Shown here: piece after piece, positions 10,601 to 20,800 of the stretch | Layout of the letters: every line of letters begins with the position of its first letter | Numbering within the stretch: position 1 is the stretch's first letter | Made by a program: the position numbers and the translations under genes | The notes under the pieces: model-generated | What the model was told of the DNA's origin: nothing | Database searches by the model: none | What the model saw: the letters and a program-made list of their open reading frames with translations, nothing else | Source: a virus | IMG/VR virus record: IMGVR_UViG_3300021963_000063 | Location: 32,731 to 96,730 of that record | Length of the DNA stretch: 64,000 nucleotides | Reading direction: 5' to 3' (one strand)

Positions 10601-10937
10601 TCCACCCGATCTCTGATAGTTTAGATAGGTTTTGTAATCCGTTTTCATTCTTTGCTAAAACAATTAAGTGATTGTAAATTTGATCATCTGCACCACGATC
10701 TTTCCTAGCTCTTTTATCAAGACGGTCAGGTGTAAAGTATGCTTCTAAGCCAAGTATTGGTTTTACTTTCGTGTCTTTTGCTGCAATAAGAAAATCTCTA
10801 TGACCACTAAGTGTTCCATGATCTGTAAGTGATAGTGCTGTCATCCCCACCTCTTCTGCACGTTTCAGAAGCTCTTCTGGTGAGGAGAATCCATCTAGCA
10901 AACTATAGTATGAGTGCGAATGGTGATTGTGATACAT
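7677..10937 (-). CDS. dnaE: DNA polymerase III alpha subunit
   Basis: PHP HxHSxYSLLDG, GPGRGSAAGS, PDIDTD, KIDALGL, YSFNKSH; no intein-sized insertion. Confidence 0.96.
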   Translation of the reverse strand: MYHNHHSHSYYSLLDGFSSPEELLKRAEEVGMTALSLTDHGTLSGHRDFLIAAKDTKVKPILGLEAYFTPDRLDKRARKDRGADDQIYNHLIVLAKNENGLQNLSKLSEIGWNEGFFSKPRIDFDVLEKHSSDLVIVSGCMNGIIAKAIQNGNLEMAKKHTAWFKEVFGDNFYMELQPHNPAELNHQMLELADSMNIKSTVTLDCHYASPEDRVAEEIMLILGTHPNIRKEAKFEDSRKIKDIIERLDYLYGDRFMSFKDLEIFLMGHKDVKDLMLDQGIDRDDLYENSVEISDKIGSYDFKENLDLLPAEYKDPDYELEQLALTGLAKRGFADNEEYVARLNEELDIIKSKNFSSYFIVVGNMINWSKDNNILVGPGRGSAAGSLVCYALGITEVDPIKYGLLFFRFINPERNDFPDIDTDYEDRKRGQVKEYLSDQYTHVASIATFLTFKDKGVVRDVARAFHVPLPEVNKALKGVETWDEFMTASTCKEFRDKYPEVVKYAERLRGRIRGTGMHAAGIVASKDEIWRYAPMETRKDTQSDERVQVVAVDMEQAADIGLIKIDALGLKTLTVIHDTLDIIVERKKKKINLREIPLDDKEVYADLTAGFTKGVFQAEAVPYTNLLIKMGVYNFDELAASNALVRPGAMNTIGAEYIKRKKGKAPVNYVHEIVKEFTKDTYGCILYQEQVMLACVHLGGMSMAEADKVRKIIGKKKDAREFDQYKEQFVTGASKHIEKKQAEKLWHDFEAHAGYSFNKSHAVAYSMLSYWTAWLKKYYPHEFMYSLLKNEKDKDTRTDYLIEAKRMGISIRLPHINESDIDFALDGDAIRFGLGNIKFISENIGSKIIAERPFSSYQQFKEFATAKGSGVNNRAVESLNKVGAAAFTDNPRIGDEKDNYYEYLNIPEFTSDIPRWIEAYSRPLEEYSEEGSFLVVAMVKSIKRGDGWSRIEIVDKTGSVGIFDRSDTVIEPGKIYIFLVADNRIGAYATADNMKDINDPFIKYIQAKTMTLADNEMYTISFIPRKTKTGQKMANAVLADKDKELYSLVIFPNMYATSLINMKPGTHCKPVLQTTSSGSVTVKEFER

Positions 10938-10956
10938 TTTTCTCCGATAATAATAA

Positions 10957-11002
10957 GTGAGGGTGATAAGCTATTATAGCCCATCACCCTCACGCTTGTC
11001 AA
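10957..11002 (-). promoter_or_regulatory. sigmaA-type dnaE promoter inside an 11-bp inverted repeat
   Basis: TTGACA(11002-10997)-N18-TATAAT(10978-10973); arms GTGAGGGTGAT/ATCACCCTCAC. Confidence 0.65.
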
Positions 11003-11009
11003 CTAACTT

Positions 11010-11666
11010 TTACCAGTCAACCGATGCACTTGCAGTTACGTCTGCATCAAGACCCATAAAGAAAGCTTCCTGGTCTGAATACTTTACTTGACGTACAGCA
11101 GTCTCATCAAGATTGTAAAGGTCAAGACCCTTAAAATCAAAAGGTGATTCATCTGTAGTTAGTGGGAATAGGGAGTAACTGGTTTGAGTTCCAGTTCCTG
11201 TTCGCTTTAATCGCCAGATTACATTTGTAATTGAACCTGTATCTCCAGCATACTCAACGATTGTCGTTGTTGTTGGGGACTTTGGACCAACACCTTGCGA
11301 CCAAATAGCAACGTATGGTTCATCTGTACCCTCGTCTACTAGCACGTTTGTGTAGTAGCGAAGACGAGCCTTCCATCCTGCCTTTGGATCACGGCGATTC
11401 ATCTCACAACCGTAGCAACGACCTTCCTCGTCCATTGAACATACTGCCTTACGGCGATAGTCTTTTGGATTTGTGTGTTCTGCTACAACGATTGCAAGAC
11501 CACGTTCTGTATTGTAATTTTTTGAGTCTGCATCAACTTCGTTCATAAAACGAATCTTTACGCTCTGTCCATCTTCTAGCTTAAGCCAGCGAGCCTTTGG
11601 ACCACTTTCGGTCCTTGGACGATCAATTAGGTTTTTAATATTTGCTAAACCTGTAATACTTGCCAT
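11010..11666 (-). CDS. Single-stranded DNA-binding protein (gp32-like)
   Basis: WLKLEDGQSVKIRF start, H/C Zn ligands, KRTGTGTQTSY, acidic aromatic tail; lies between primase and dnaE. Confidence 0.7.
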   Translation of the reverse strand: MASITGLANIKNLIDRPRTESGPKARWLKLEDGQSVKIRFMNEVDADSKNYNTERGLAIVVAEHTNPKDYRRKAVCSMDEEGRCYGCEMNRRDPKAGWKARLRYYTNVLVDEGTDEPYVAIWSQGVGPKSPTTTTIVEYAGDTGSITNVIWRLKRTGTGTQTSYSLFPLTTDESPFDFKGLDLYNLDETAVRQVKYSDQEAFFMGLDADVTASASVDW

Positions 11667-11714
11667 AATATATTTCTCCTTAATAGTTGGTTCGATAAGT
11701 GAACCTGTCTAAAC

Positions 11715-11743
11715 ATTGTATCAGATTGATAATGCTAAGTCAA
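11715..11743 (-). promoter_or_regulatory. sigmaA-type promoter for the SSB gene
   Basis: TTGACT-N17-TACAAT. Confidence 0.55.
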
Positions 11744-12671
11744 GTGACTTTATTTGTTTATATGAAGATAAGATTTGATCATCTTTCATATCTCCAATGT
11801 CTTTTACTCCATCTGGGAAGTCCATTGACAACACTGGAACAGTTAGGTTGTTATTTAGATTTTGCATTAGTTTCATTCCTGCTTCATCCTGATCCATAGC
11901 AAGGATAACTCTAACAGCATACTTATTTAAAAGTTTTATTTGATTCTTTCCAAGGTTGGCACCAAGGGTTGCTACCGCAGGAATATTTAATTGCCACAAA
12001 CGAATTGCATCAAAAGAAGACTCTACAATAACTATGTCTTTAAACTTGCAATTGTTTAGATTAAAGAGTACCTTGTTCCTTGGTAGACCAGTTGAGTTCT
12101 TGAACGACTTTCCTTCTACCGAACGTCCCACAAATCCAACGCATATGTTTGTGTGTGAGTAAACAGGAACCGTAACCATGTCTTGCTTTTCTGAGTACCC
12201 AAGCTTAAAATGTTTTATTGCATCTGAAAGAATATTTCTACCATTAAAGTATGCTAGGGCTCTTTCGTTTTGCATCAAAGAGTTATGTAGCCTGTTTACA
12301 GTTGCTGAATCAAACTCCTCAAACTCTTCTTTCACCTGGATATCTTTTTCAATAACTGAAGAAAAGTCAATGCTTTTTTCTGAAGATGAAATTATTCTAC
12401 TGGCTTCAAAGTAGTTTCTATTAGTTGTTCGCATAACTAAATCTAATAAGTTACCACGCTCTCCGCAGGAGAAGCAAACAAACAAACCTTTTTCTTTACT
12501 TACTTCACAAGCAGGGGTATTTTTGTTATAGTGAAATGGGCAGAATACAAGATAGTCAGAGTCTAACTCTGAACCTATTTCGACTCCACAGACTTTGAGG
12601 ACTTCTCTGATTTGATCTGGGTCGTATGACTCATTGGAACTAGGCTGTTTCCACTTACTCCTCTGTAGCAT
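11721..12671 (-). CDS. dnaG: DNA primase
   Basis: CPFH...CFSC Zn finger; TOPRIM VESSFD and DQDEAG, KDIGD. Confidence 0.92.
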   Translation of the reverse strand: MLQRSKWKQPSSNESYDPDQIREVLKVCGVEIGSELDSDYLVFCPFHYNKNTPACEVSKEKGLFVCFSCGERGNLLDLVMRTTNRNYFEASRIISSSEKSIDFSSVIEKDIQVKEEFEEFDSATVNRLHNSLMQNERALAYFNGRNILSDAIKHFKLGYSEKQDMVTVPVYSHTNICVGFVGRSVEGKSFKNSTGLPRNKVLFNLNNCKFKDIVIVESSFDAIRLWQLNIPAVATLGANLGKNQIKLLNKYAVRVILAMDQDEAGMKLMQNLNNNLTVPVLSMDFPDGVKDIGDMKDDQILSSYKQIKSLDLALSI

Positions 12672-12910
12672 TTAGCTTTTACCTTTCCTAGATATATACC
12701 ATACCATGTTATCTTAAATTCGTAAGAATGTCCAGTGTAACTTGTACTAAAAATTGGATCTAAATCAAGGTGAGGAACATAACCTTTTATTCTCATATAT
12801 TCCTCAACAATAACCATATATTGTTCACGCAGTCTTGGGAAATCGGCATCATCATAGATTTGACCATCTATTGAAAAGTCTTTAATTTTCCTGTGTCCTG
12901 CAAACTCCAT
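12575..12910 (-). CDS. Hypothetical protein, leaderless
   Basis: TATAAT-N6-ATG. Confidence 0.65.
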   Translation of the reverse strand: MEFAGHRKIKDFSIDGQIYDDADFPRLREQYMVIVEEYMRIKGYVPHLDLDPIFSTSYTGHSYEFKITWYGIYLGKVKAKCYRGVSGNSLVPMSHTTQIKSEKSSKSVESK

Positions 12911-12927
12911 ACATCCATTATATTGTA

Positions 12928-14157
12928 CTAAAAGCTATCAGAAGGATCTTCTATTTCTTCAAACTTTCCTTTATCAAAATCAGCAAACATAATAAAGTCA
13001 CCCAAAAATCCGTGACGATTCTTTCTAAAGGCACACTCCAATGCATCAGAGTTCTGTTTACGACCCATAGCAAGCACCCAGTCAGCATCGTAGGCAATTT
13101 GGCGTGACCATGCTACCTGACCTAGCTGTGGCACAGATTCAAGGTCTGAGGCATCGTCAGGGGTCGCTGAGGCGATTGCAACAATAGGTACTTGTTCAGA
13201 TATGGCTAAAAGTTTAAGTTCTCTAGAGAGATTCTTAATCTTAACAGTCTCATTCTGACCAGTACCTGCGTTATCTTGCATCAACTGTAAATAGTCAATG
13301 AATACAATATCTGGCTTATATTGATCAATTTTTGCACGAATAACATTTGGTGTTACTTCACTGCCACCGTCATTTGAAATAATCTTAAATGGCTGTTTAC
13401 CAGCAACATTCTTTTCAGCCCAATCTTTAAACTCTGATTCATCAATACGACCTGCACTAATTGCACGATGAGAAAACTTTCCATCACCTGCAATTGTATA
13501 AATACGATTACGAACTTCTTGCTCTGTCATTTCAAGAGATAGGATCATTGGAACACGACCATTCTCCCAAGCCTTTACAGCAAGATACATAGCCATCCAT
13601 GACTTACCAATAGCAGGATATGCTAATAGAATACCTAACTGACCCTTAGAGATACCCATGGGCAAACAAATATCAAATGCTGCAATACCAGTCTTAATAC
13701 CAACGTCACCATTCTTTGCTGCCTGACGAGTCTTTTCAAAATGTGCAAGTGCATCCTCAACATCTGTTACATCAATGTCTCTAACTTTTGCAGTTAATCT
13801 AGATATTGAAGAGATGTCAGAATTAAGTGAACTTAATGCGTTTGAAGATTGATTGTCTTGAAGCAATTGAGCAGCCTTTTTAACAGCACTTCTTAGTGAG
13901 TCATCAAGGAATGTTTCCTTTAATCTATTAACGTGATAAATTGTTGGTCCAGAGTCAACTGGTTCAAAGTCACGGAATCTAGTTGCAAGTAAATCTTTAT
14001 CTGGAATCTGCTTGGTTTCATTGTAGTACTCTTTAACAAAGTACCACACATCTGCACAGCTTTTAAGCATTGAGTCTACATTGTTTTCATATAGAACATG
14101 TATGTCTTTATTCTTACATACAGCAGAAATAACTTCTACTTCTTCACGCATTCCCAT
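12928..14157 (-). CDS. dnaB: Replicative DnaB-like helicase
   Basis: AYPAIGKS, SLEM, IDYLQLM, IAYDAD, KNRHG. Confidence 0.93.
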   Translation of the reverse strand: MGMREEVEVISAVCKNKDIHVLYENNVDSMLKSCADVWYFVKEYYNETKQIPDKDLLATRFRDFEPVDSGPTIYHVNRLKETFLDDSLRSAVKKAAQLLQDNQSSNALSSLNSDISSISRLTAKVRDIDVTDVEDALAHFEKTRQAAKNGDVGIKTGIAAFDICLPMGISKGQLGILLAYPAIGKSWMAMYLAVKAWENGRVPMILSLEMTEQEVRNRIYTIAGDGKFSHRAISAGRIDESEFKDWAEKNVAGKQPFKIISNDGGSEVTPNVIRAKIDQYKPDIVFIDYLQLMQDNAGTGQNETVKIKNLSRELKLLAISEQVPIVAIASATPDDASDLESVPQLGQVAWSRQIAYDADWVLAMGRKQNSDALECAFRKNRHGFLGDFIMFADFDKGKFEEIEDPSDSF

Positions 14158-14479
14158 TTAAATACTCCTGCTTTAACCTTGCTGTTTGTGCTCTACGCTC
14201 TGCTCTTAATTGTTCATCTCTAATGTTTGATTCATAAGAATTATACACTATGTCAAAGTTATTAAACAGCCACCCAAGAGGATGACCGTCTTTATTTAAC
14301 TTAAAGTAGTACTCAACACCTATAATTACTTTTTCTTTGCCATAGTCATCTAGGAGTGAGATGGCTCCCCATTTTTCTTTATACTTATTCAGTAAAGGCT
14401 TCTTGCCATACTTTTTCTCATAGCATTTTTCATAGTGGGCAAGGATCCCAAATGCAGCACCTACTGATTCTTTAGTCAC
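14144..14479 (-). CDS. Hypothetical protein next to the helicase
   Basis: ORF track, coupled. Confidence 0.6.
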   Translation of the reverse strand: MTKESVGAAFGILAHYEKCYEKKYGKKPLLNKYKEKWGAISLLDDYGKEKVIIGVEYYFKLNKDGHPLGWLFNNFDIVYNSYESNIRDEQLRAERRAQTARLKQEYLNGNA

Positions 14480-14697
14480 TTACCAAGATCCTTTTCAATC
14501 TCTTGAACTTTTTCTACTAACTTTGATGAAACAAATTCATAAATGCGATCTACTGCAGCATCTGTGTTGGCATCAATGTCACGAACAAAATCATCTACGC
14601 CAATATCAATATGGATACTTTCATAGTTACCTAGATTTTTTACGAACTTTAGATCTACCTTTACTCTTGTTAGATCTTTCTGTACTGATTTCTCCAT
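14476..14697 (-). CDS. Hypothetical protein
   Basis: ORF track; NLGNYES motif. Confidence 0.65.
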   Translation of the reverse strand: MEKSVQKDLTRVKVDLKFVKNLGNYESIHIDIGVDDFVRDIDANTDAAVDRIYEFVSSKLVEKVQEIEKDLGK

Positions 14698-14941
14698 TTA
14701 CTTCACTTTCTTCTTCGACTCCAATAAAACCAAATGTTTTATTTTTAGAAAACTCTTCTTCAAGAACTAGAACCTTAGAGATACTAAGCCATCTATCTGA
14801 TATTGATAAAAGCATTTTAGTGTCTGCATTTATTCTTGCTAGTTCTTCAGCGTAAAGCAAAGAGCTCGCTGCATTAATTATTGCATACTCCTGTGTTATT
14901 GTCAACACTTCTTCTTTGTCTTTACTTTTCTTTTTATGCTT
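14627..14941 (-). CDS. Hypothetical protein
   Basis: ORF track 14627..14974; true start uncertain (near MSKHKK). Confidence 0.5.
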   Translation of the reverse strand, partial: KHKKKSKDKEEVLTITQEYAIINAASSLLYAEELARINADTKMLLSISDRWLSISKVLVLEEEFSKNKTFGFIGVEEESEVNGEISTERSNKSKGRSKVRKKSR

Positions 14942-15482
14942 ACTCATATTCTTCAGCACTCCAAACTGGAACAAAATTTCCTTCTTTCGTTCTCATATAT
15001 AGCATAGGCTTTTTACCAAGGACTGCATCTATCTCAGATATCGTTGGTACATTTTTAGATACCACTATGCCATCATTTCTTGGTCTACCACGATGAACAT
15101 TTGCAAAGTAGTCTCTAAGTTCATAAATGTTTTCTTCTGAAAAATAGTATACTCCACTTCTATTTTTATACTCAACCATATAAGGCTTTGATACATCCAG
15201 GTTCCAGATAGCAATTCTTATTCTATCTTCATGCCTTCTTAGAATTTTAGAAACCTCGCTTATTCTAAATGCTGGCTTTCTAAACTTTTTGTAGTCATAG
15301 TATGTATACTTAACTACTTTATTTTGATGATAGTTAAATGCATGACAGACATTTCCAGAGGCATTTGTCCTAACAACTCTATGTAGTTCTCCATTAAGGA
15401 AAAATATTAGATTGTTGTTTTTCTTGACCAGCTGCCCATTGCTGAAAGCTTTAGTACCTGTCTTTCCATTTTCCATATCCAT
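14940..15482 (-). CDS. Possible DNA-binding protein
   Basis: FRISEVSKILRRHEDRIR HTH-like segment and RGRPR AT-hook-like motif. Confidence 0.55.
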   Translation of the reverse strand: MDMENGKTGTKAFSNGQLVKKNNNLIFFLNGELHRVVRTNASGNVCHAFNYHQNKVVKYTYYDYKKFRKPAFRISEVSKILRRHEDRIRIAIWNLDVSKPYMVEYKNRSGVYYFSEENIYELRDYFANVHRGRPRNDGIVVSKNVPTISEIDAVLGKKPMLYMRTKEGNFVPVWSAEEYE

Positions 15483-15619
15483 AACGCAAAACTTCCTCTA
15501 TTTTGTGGATGATTAAATATCCATCTCTTGCCACAAGTAAAACAGTATAACTCTATATGAGTTTCAGAGCTAAAAACTCTATCAACTAAAACTCTTCCAT
15601 TACACTTCTTACACCACAT
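15407..15619 (-). CDS. Small zinc-ribbon protein, leaderless
   Basis: CKKC...CFTC; TATAAT-N6-ATG. Confidence 0.65.
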   Translation of the reverse strand: MWCKKCNGRVLVDRVFSSETHIELYCFTCGKRWIFNHPQNRGSFALWIWKMERQVLKLSAMGSWSRKTTI

Positions 15620-15639
15620 TGTTAAATTATAGCGTAAAG

Positions 15640-16449
15640 TTATACTTTAAACATCTTTCCATCAACAATACAAGAGTAATCTGGTGATACATGAACTAGT
15701 TGAATGTGTGGATAATTACCATTTTCAATGTGAGCAATAGCAAATGCTTTTTGCCAATTGTGATTATTTGTATACATCATTCCTGTAGACTTTTCATCAC
15801 ACATATGACCAATTTCATATCCTCGTAAGGTCTCACCCTTACCACCATTTCTAAGCTCATAAGTATTAAAGTATACACCTGCACGATGTGAGTGACCACG
15901 AATAAGTGATACGCCAAAGTTATCTACGTCTTTACGAACAGACTCACCTGCATTTTGAGAGATAGCATTGCCATGATGAACGTGAATATCTCCAAAGCGA
16001 TGTGCAGGTGGCTGGTTGTAATAAATATAATCATAACCAAGGCTGTCTAAGTTCCACAAACTTTCTGGAGTAGTAACCTCAATGTAATCTGGTAACTTTG
16101 CATCTACATAATCAAACACACGAATATCGTGATTTCCAAGTGCGGAAAACAGTTGTGCATTCTTAGCAACTTTACGAGTCTTAGTATAAAAATCCCTTGC
16201 TAGTTTTGCTTCATGCTTCATAAGAGGAACAATAGCATCACCATTGTTATCTTTGTGCATCTTTAAAAACTCTGCTGAGCGACCTTCTGTGTACTTGCTA
16301 TAGCAAGCCTGATCGTCAGTATCACCTAAGTAGTCAATAACATCTGGCTTAAACCATCTCATTACTTTAAACCATAGTTCAATCATCTTATCGTCTTGAT
16401 AAGGGAATTGCTGATCGGATGATATCATCCACTTTAAATCGTTTGTCAT
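15640..16449 (-). CDS. Calcineurin-like metallophosphoesterase
   Basis: SDxQ, GDxxD, GNHD, HG and GHSH motifs. Confidence 0.85.
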   Translation of the reverse strand: MTNDLKWMISSDQQFPYQDDKMIELWFKVMRWFKPDVIDYLGDTDDQACYSKYTEGRSAEFLKMHKDNNGDAIVPLMKHEAKLARDFYTKTRKVAKNAQLFSALGNHDIRVFDYVDAKLPDYIEVTTPESLWNLDSLGYDYIYYNQPPAHRFGDIHVHHGNAISQNAGESVRKDVDNFGVSLIRGHSHRAGVYFNTYELRNGGKGETLRGYEIGHMCDEKSTGMMYTNNHNWQKAFAIAHIENGNYPHIQLVHVSPDYSCIVDGKMFKV

Positions 16450-16464
16450 TGTAAACCTTTCTGT

Positions 16465-16953
16465 TTACGCAGCTTTGGCTCTAAGGCGACAAACCTTAGA
16501 GCAATACTTGTAGTGCTTATCTGCAGTTGCAGGTATAGTGTAACTAGTGTAACAGTGCAAACAAATTTTATCAATAGTTTTTTTACTTTTACACATAGAA
16601 TTACATCTTTTTCTTTTCTTCATAATACTAGGAGTACCATAAAATGTTTTGCCACAAGATTCACATTGTTTTCCTACCCATGTTTCATGCACTCTATAAA
16701 GAGATACATTCTTCATTCCGTGGGCTTTGTCATGCTCTTGCCTGTGGCAAACAAAAAGATTATCTATTCTGTTATCTGTTTTTATTTCATTTATGTGGTG
16801 AACTGATTCATACTCTTTTAAGTATCTTCCAAGTTCTTTTTCTATATTTATGACGTGCTCAAAATACCAGCCTCCATGAAAGGCTTTTGGATGCTTTGTC
16901 TCTTTTACCAAAACATATCCGTTTAGTATTTTATGGAGCATCCCCCACCGCAA
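16465..16953 (-). CDS. HNH endonuclease with C-terminal Zn fingers
   Basis: VHHINEIKTDNRIDNL plus CxxC pairs. Confidence 0.85.
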   Translation of the reverse strand: MRWGMLHKILNGYVLVKETKHPKAFHGGWYFEHVINIEKELGRYLKEYESVHHINEIKTDNRIDNLFVCHRQEHDKAHGMKNVSLYRVHETWVGKQCESCGKTFYGTPSIMKKRKRCNSMCKSKKTIDKICLHCYTSYTIPATADKHYKYCSKVCRLRAKAA

Positions 16954-17389
16954 TGTAATTAATAATTACATCCTGTCCTGCTTTTAATGATTCGCCATCA
17001 ATTGGAGTAACTGTGCAAGTAAATCCATCTTTTGTAACATTGGCTACTGATACAGCAAGCTGTTCTGCTGATGTTTTATTCTTACGCATATCTGCGGTAG
17101 CAACAACAATTACACTTGCATCTTTAAATCCATTTCCAGGGAAGTCAACGTATGCATTAAATGCTGCTTTAGACTTTCTAGCATCACCAATTTTTTGCTG
17201 ATCAGCAATAACTTTAATCTTACCTGCAGAAGCAATTGCGTCTCCAGCATAGGTAATTGGTCTTGCTCTATTTTCTGCATCTGCTTTAGTATTGGCTGCA
17301 AGTTGTGATTGCAATGTATTAATTTCAGACACAAGACTATTAAGCCACTCAAAAGTAATTGGCTGTCCGTCACTTAGTTGTGCTGCCAT
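16931..17389 (-). CDS. Minor tail/fibre-associated protein
   Basis: Coiled coil followed by a beta domain ending INYIAVG; end of the tail operon. Confidence 0.55.
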   Translation of the reverse strand: MAAQLSDGQPITFEWLNSLVSEINTLQSQLAANTKADAENRARPITYAGDAIASAGKIKVIADQQKIGDARKSKAAFNAYVDFPGNGFKDASVIVVATADMRKNKTSAEQLAVSVANVTKDGFTCTVTPIDGESLKAGQDVIINYIAVGDAP

Positions 17390-17394
17390 TAAAA

Positions 17395-17559
17395 TTATTC
17401 TCCTTTAGATTCCTTGAGACTTGCAATTTCTGCATCCTTTGCCTCAAGTGCCTCTGTTGCTTGTGCCTTAAGCACAGCCATTTGTGTTTCATAGTTACTA
17501 GTCATTTGTCCAATTCTGCTTTGCAGTTCTTGTACTACTAGTTCTAGTGTTTTTGACAT
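17395..17559 (-). CDS. Small coiled-coil protein (54 aa)
   Basis: Manual translation MSKTLELVVQELQSRIGQ...; AAGGAG SD and an upstream TGCTATAAT. Confidence 0.7.
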   Translation of the reverse strand: MSKTLELVVQELQSRIGQMTSNYETQMAVLKAQATEALEAKDAEIASLKESKGE

Positions 17560-17616
17560 TATTGTCTCCTTTGTCTCTTGTACATTATAGCATTTATAAA
17601 GTGTTTCTGCAACCTT

Positions 17617-17841
17617 TTATTCTGCTTCTATTTCTTGAATTTTTTCTTTTAACCAAATTTCTTTTGACTCTAAAGATTCAATTATTTCATCCTTTACTTG
17701 GTTAAAGTCAAGATAAAACCATGGAATGTCTTCGTGTGGAACACCTTCAAAATAATTAAAAATACCATAGTATGTTTCTTTTTCTGAGTTATTAAATTTT
17801 AACTGTTTATTTAGAAATAATAGTTTTTCTTCTTTATTCAT
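17617..17841 (-). CDS. Hypothetical protein (possible fibre chaperone)
   Basis: GGAGG SD; follows the tail fibre gene. Confidence 0.55.
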   Translation of the reverse strand: MNKEEKLLFLNKQLKFNNSEKETYYGIFNYFEGVPHEDIPWFYLDFNQVKDEIIESLESKEIWLKEKIQEIEAE

Positions 17842-17849
17842 TTTTCCTC

Positions 17850-20800
17850 CTATCCTGCATATATAATAAAGTATACAGCAAGATATGGTGGTATCGTTGC
17901 AACCGAAGCTGTTGCTGCTGTATTTGCTCCTGCATTACCAATAATTGATCTGTCTGTTATAGAGAAATTATGATTAAATGCGTTAAGTGTGTGAGAGTGT
18001 CCATTTCCAGCATTTGCTACATACGTTCCATCTCCGTGGGTGTGGTTAACGGTAGGAGTTAAAATAGTTGTTCCACTAATTCCTCTTGATCCAGCTTCAG
18101 CATTTCCTGCGGCTGAGGAGGTACCTGTTACAGAGTGAGTATGATTATTTGTACCAACTGTTCCTTCTGTAACGCTTCCAGATATACCTCCGATTACATT
18201 TGCATTGTTTGTAGCAGCAGTGGCATCTGATGCCATTGTGTGCGTATGTGCAGTTACTGTTGTATATGTTGCTGATGCAGCACCACCAACGTCTCCCAAA
18301 GGATAGGTTGTTCCACTTACGCCAAGTGGGAATCTTCCTGTTAGATTTGGAGTAGTAGTCATTATTGCACGAAGCTGTGGATATAGTGTTGAGCTAACTG
18401 CCTGACCATTACATAATAGCCACCCAGCTGGTGGGGTTGCTGTGTACCACATAACAATAGATCCAATTGGTACAGCACCCTTACCAGAAAATTCTGGGGC
18501 TAGAAGAACTCCATCATTTCTAAAATAGAATTTTTGATCTTCTGTTCCATCGCTATTTAAATTATGAAGTACGGTATGAATTGTATTATCAGTATTATGA
18601 ATTTGACCTAAAACAGATATTCTTGTTTTTGCAGCTCCTTGAACTCTTGACTTAATTAATGGCACAAAAGATGATCCTGATATTCCAGTGGCTTTTGCTG
18701 TAAATGGTGCAAATGTTGATTCAACTGACTGACTTACAAAAGATTGACCCAGAGCTCTATTTTCAATAGTAAGGCTATTCAATCCAGTGGCGGTAGACTT
18801 TTTTATTGTAAATGGAGCTAGGTCTGCGTCATCATCACCTGCCCACATATAATAGAATCCATCAGCCAAGGGAGATGTTACTAGTTCATCATAAAATGAT
18901 AACTTAGGTTTTGTTGTGGTATATGAATAAAATCCCTCTGAACCTGTATCATGTACAACAATACCAGAATCTTCTGGATAAAATACTAATGTATAGTATC
19001 CAGCGGTGTCTAATAAACTAAGACCTCCTCCAGATGATTCTTGTAAAGATATTGCAGATCCGCTTCTTGTTAAAGTAAGTTTTCCAAACCTGGCATTATA
19101 TCCATCAGCTTCTCCATATAAAATTGTTCCTTCGTCTAAATCTTGTGTTCCAATAGCTGCAATTACATAGTTTCCAGCAGCCACTCCAGGTAGAACATCT
19201 GATTCAAGAACTAAAGTATTTCCTACAGCTAGTCCTCCTGTGGATGACGTAAACTCATCATCTGTAAAAATTTCTGTAAAATATAGTGATAGCTGAGTTG
19301 TTGTTGCAGAACCGTATACAGGATAAATATCTGTAGCAGCCTGTGGTGAACTTATCTCTGGAAAACCACCATCTGGATCATAATTATCTATTTCTTTTAC
19401 AAAAAAAACTCTTTTTCTATCAAGTACATCAGTAATCGAAATACTTTTTCCATCAAAAACTGTTGTTAGATTATTTGTACTAATCCCCTGGAAATCAAAT
19501 TTCATAATTTTTCCATACAAAATATCTGGTAATTGTGCTTGCATTTCTGAAGAGAATCCTGATGTTGCTACCGTAACATATATAGAAGCAAAATTTTCTT
19601 CATAATCTTCAAATTCATCATCAAGAAGAATTCTTTCAATATTAATTGTTGCAAGTCCACCAGTAAATTCTGCTGCAGATGAAGCTAAGGCTAATCTTCC
19701 TTCTCCAGATCCAGTTTGTAAAATTCCAGCAGCATCAAATTTCCATCCTTTATCTCTACTTCCAATAGATCCTTGAAGAGCTTGGATTGTTCCAGTTACG
19801 GTAACGGTTCCCTTACCGCCAATTCCAATATCTGGCTGATAAGTTAAAGAAGAGTCTCTATCTCCAACCGAGAAATATCCTTGAGAGTCTACATAAAATG
19901 GGGTGTCAGCACCATTCCAGCTGGCGGTTTCAGTTGGTCCAATAAATATCTTTGGGTTATTTTCATCTGTTGCTCCATCAGATAAATGAATATTTTTATT
20001 GTCTTGATTTGCAATTGATTTAATTAGTCCACTTGAAATTTCCCATCCACTATCTGTTCCACCAATATATCCTGATGTGGCTCTAATTTGACCTACTACA
20101 TCAAGTAGTGGCTCTGGTTCAGTTGTCCATTTAATATAAGAATCCACTGATCCTACTCTAAATTGATTATTTGTAAACCACCAATTAAATTTATCAAGTC
20201 TAATTCCAGTTCCATTTGAATGAGAATATGATCCTGTTCCTTGTGCAGGATGAAGACCTAATGTTAACTCTCTTAGCGTAACTGTTCCTGTAAGACTATT
20301 ATTTGTTGAGTTTGTTACCCCTGAAACTCCAGACAGTTTTATAGTAAATGTTACGCTATCTGCAAGAGTGTCAATAGCAAATTCTCTATTAAGATTATTT
20401 AATCCATTAGTTGCTGGAAGGTTTTCAATTAATACTTTTTCTCCAGCTATAAATGCGTGTCCTGTTGTAGTAATTGTTGCTATTTGATTTCCTGCTGTTC
20501 CTGAAATTACTACTGAAGTTGCGGTTGTTTGAAGTCTTGGGGTAGAAATAGATGTTGTTGATTCAAGGACACCTTTAATTCTTCCTTGAACTTGAAGCTC
20601 TGAAAAATCTGCAAGGCTAAATGTTAAACTTACTCCTGATCCATTTGCAGTGTGATTATTTGTAACAGTTATGGTTGTTCCTGAAATATTTGTTACTGTA
20701 GAGTTTGATGCAATACCAGTTCCGATAACAAGCATTCCCTTTACAATTCCAGTAGCACTGGAAACTGTTATGGTATTATTTCCTGAAGTAAATGTTCCTG

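Noticed and set aside
7677-10937. Inteins or introns in dnaE, dnaB, nrdJ or terL
   Set aside because: Lengths are ordinary, frames are continuous, and no intein splice motifs were seen.
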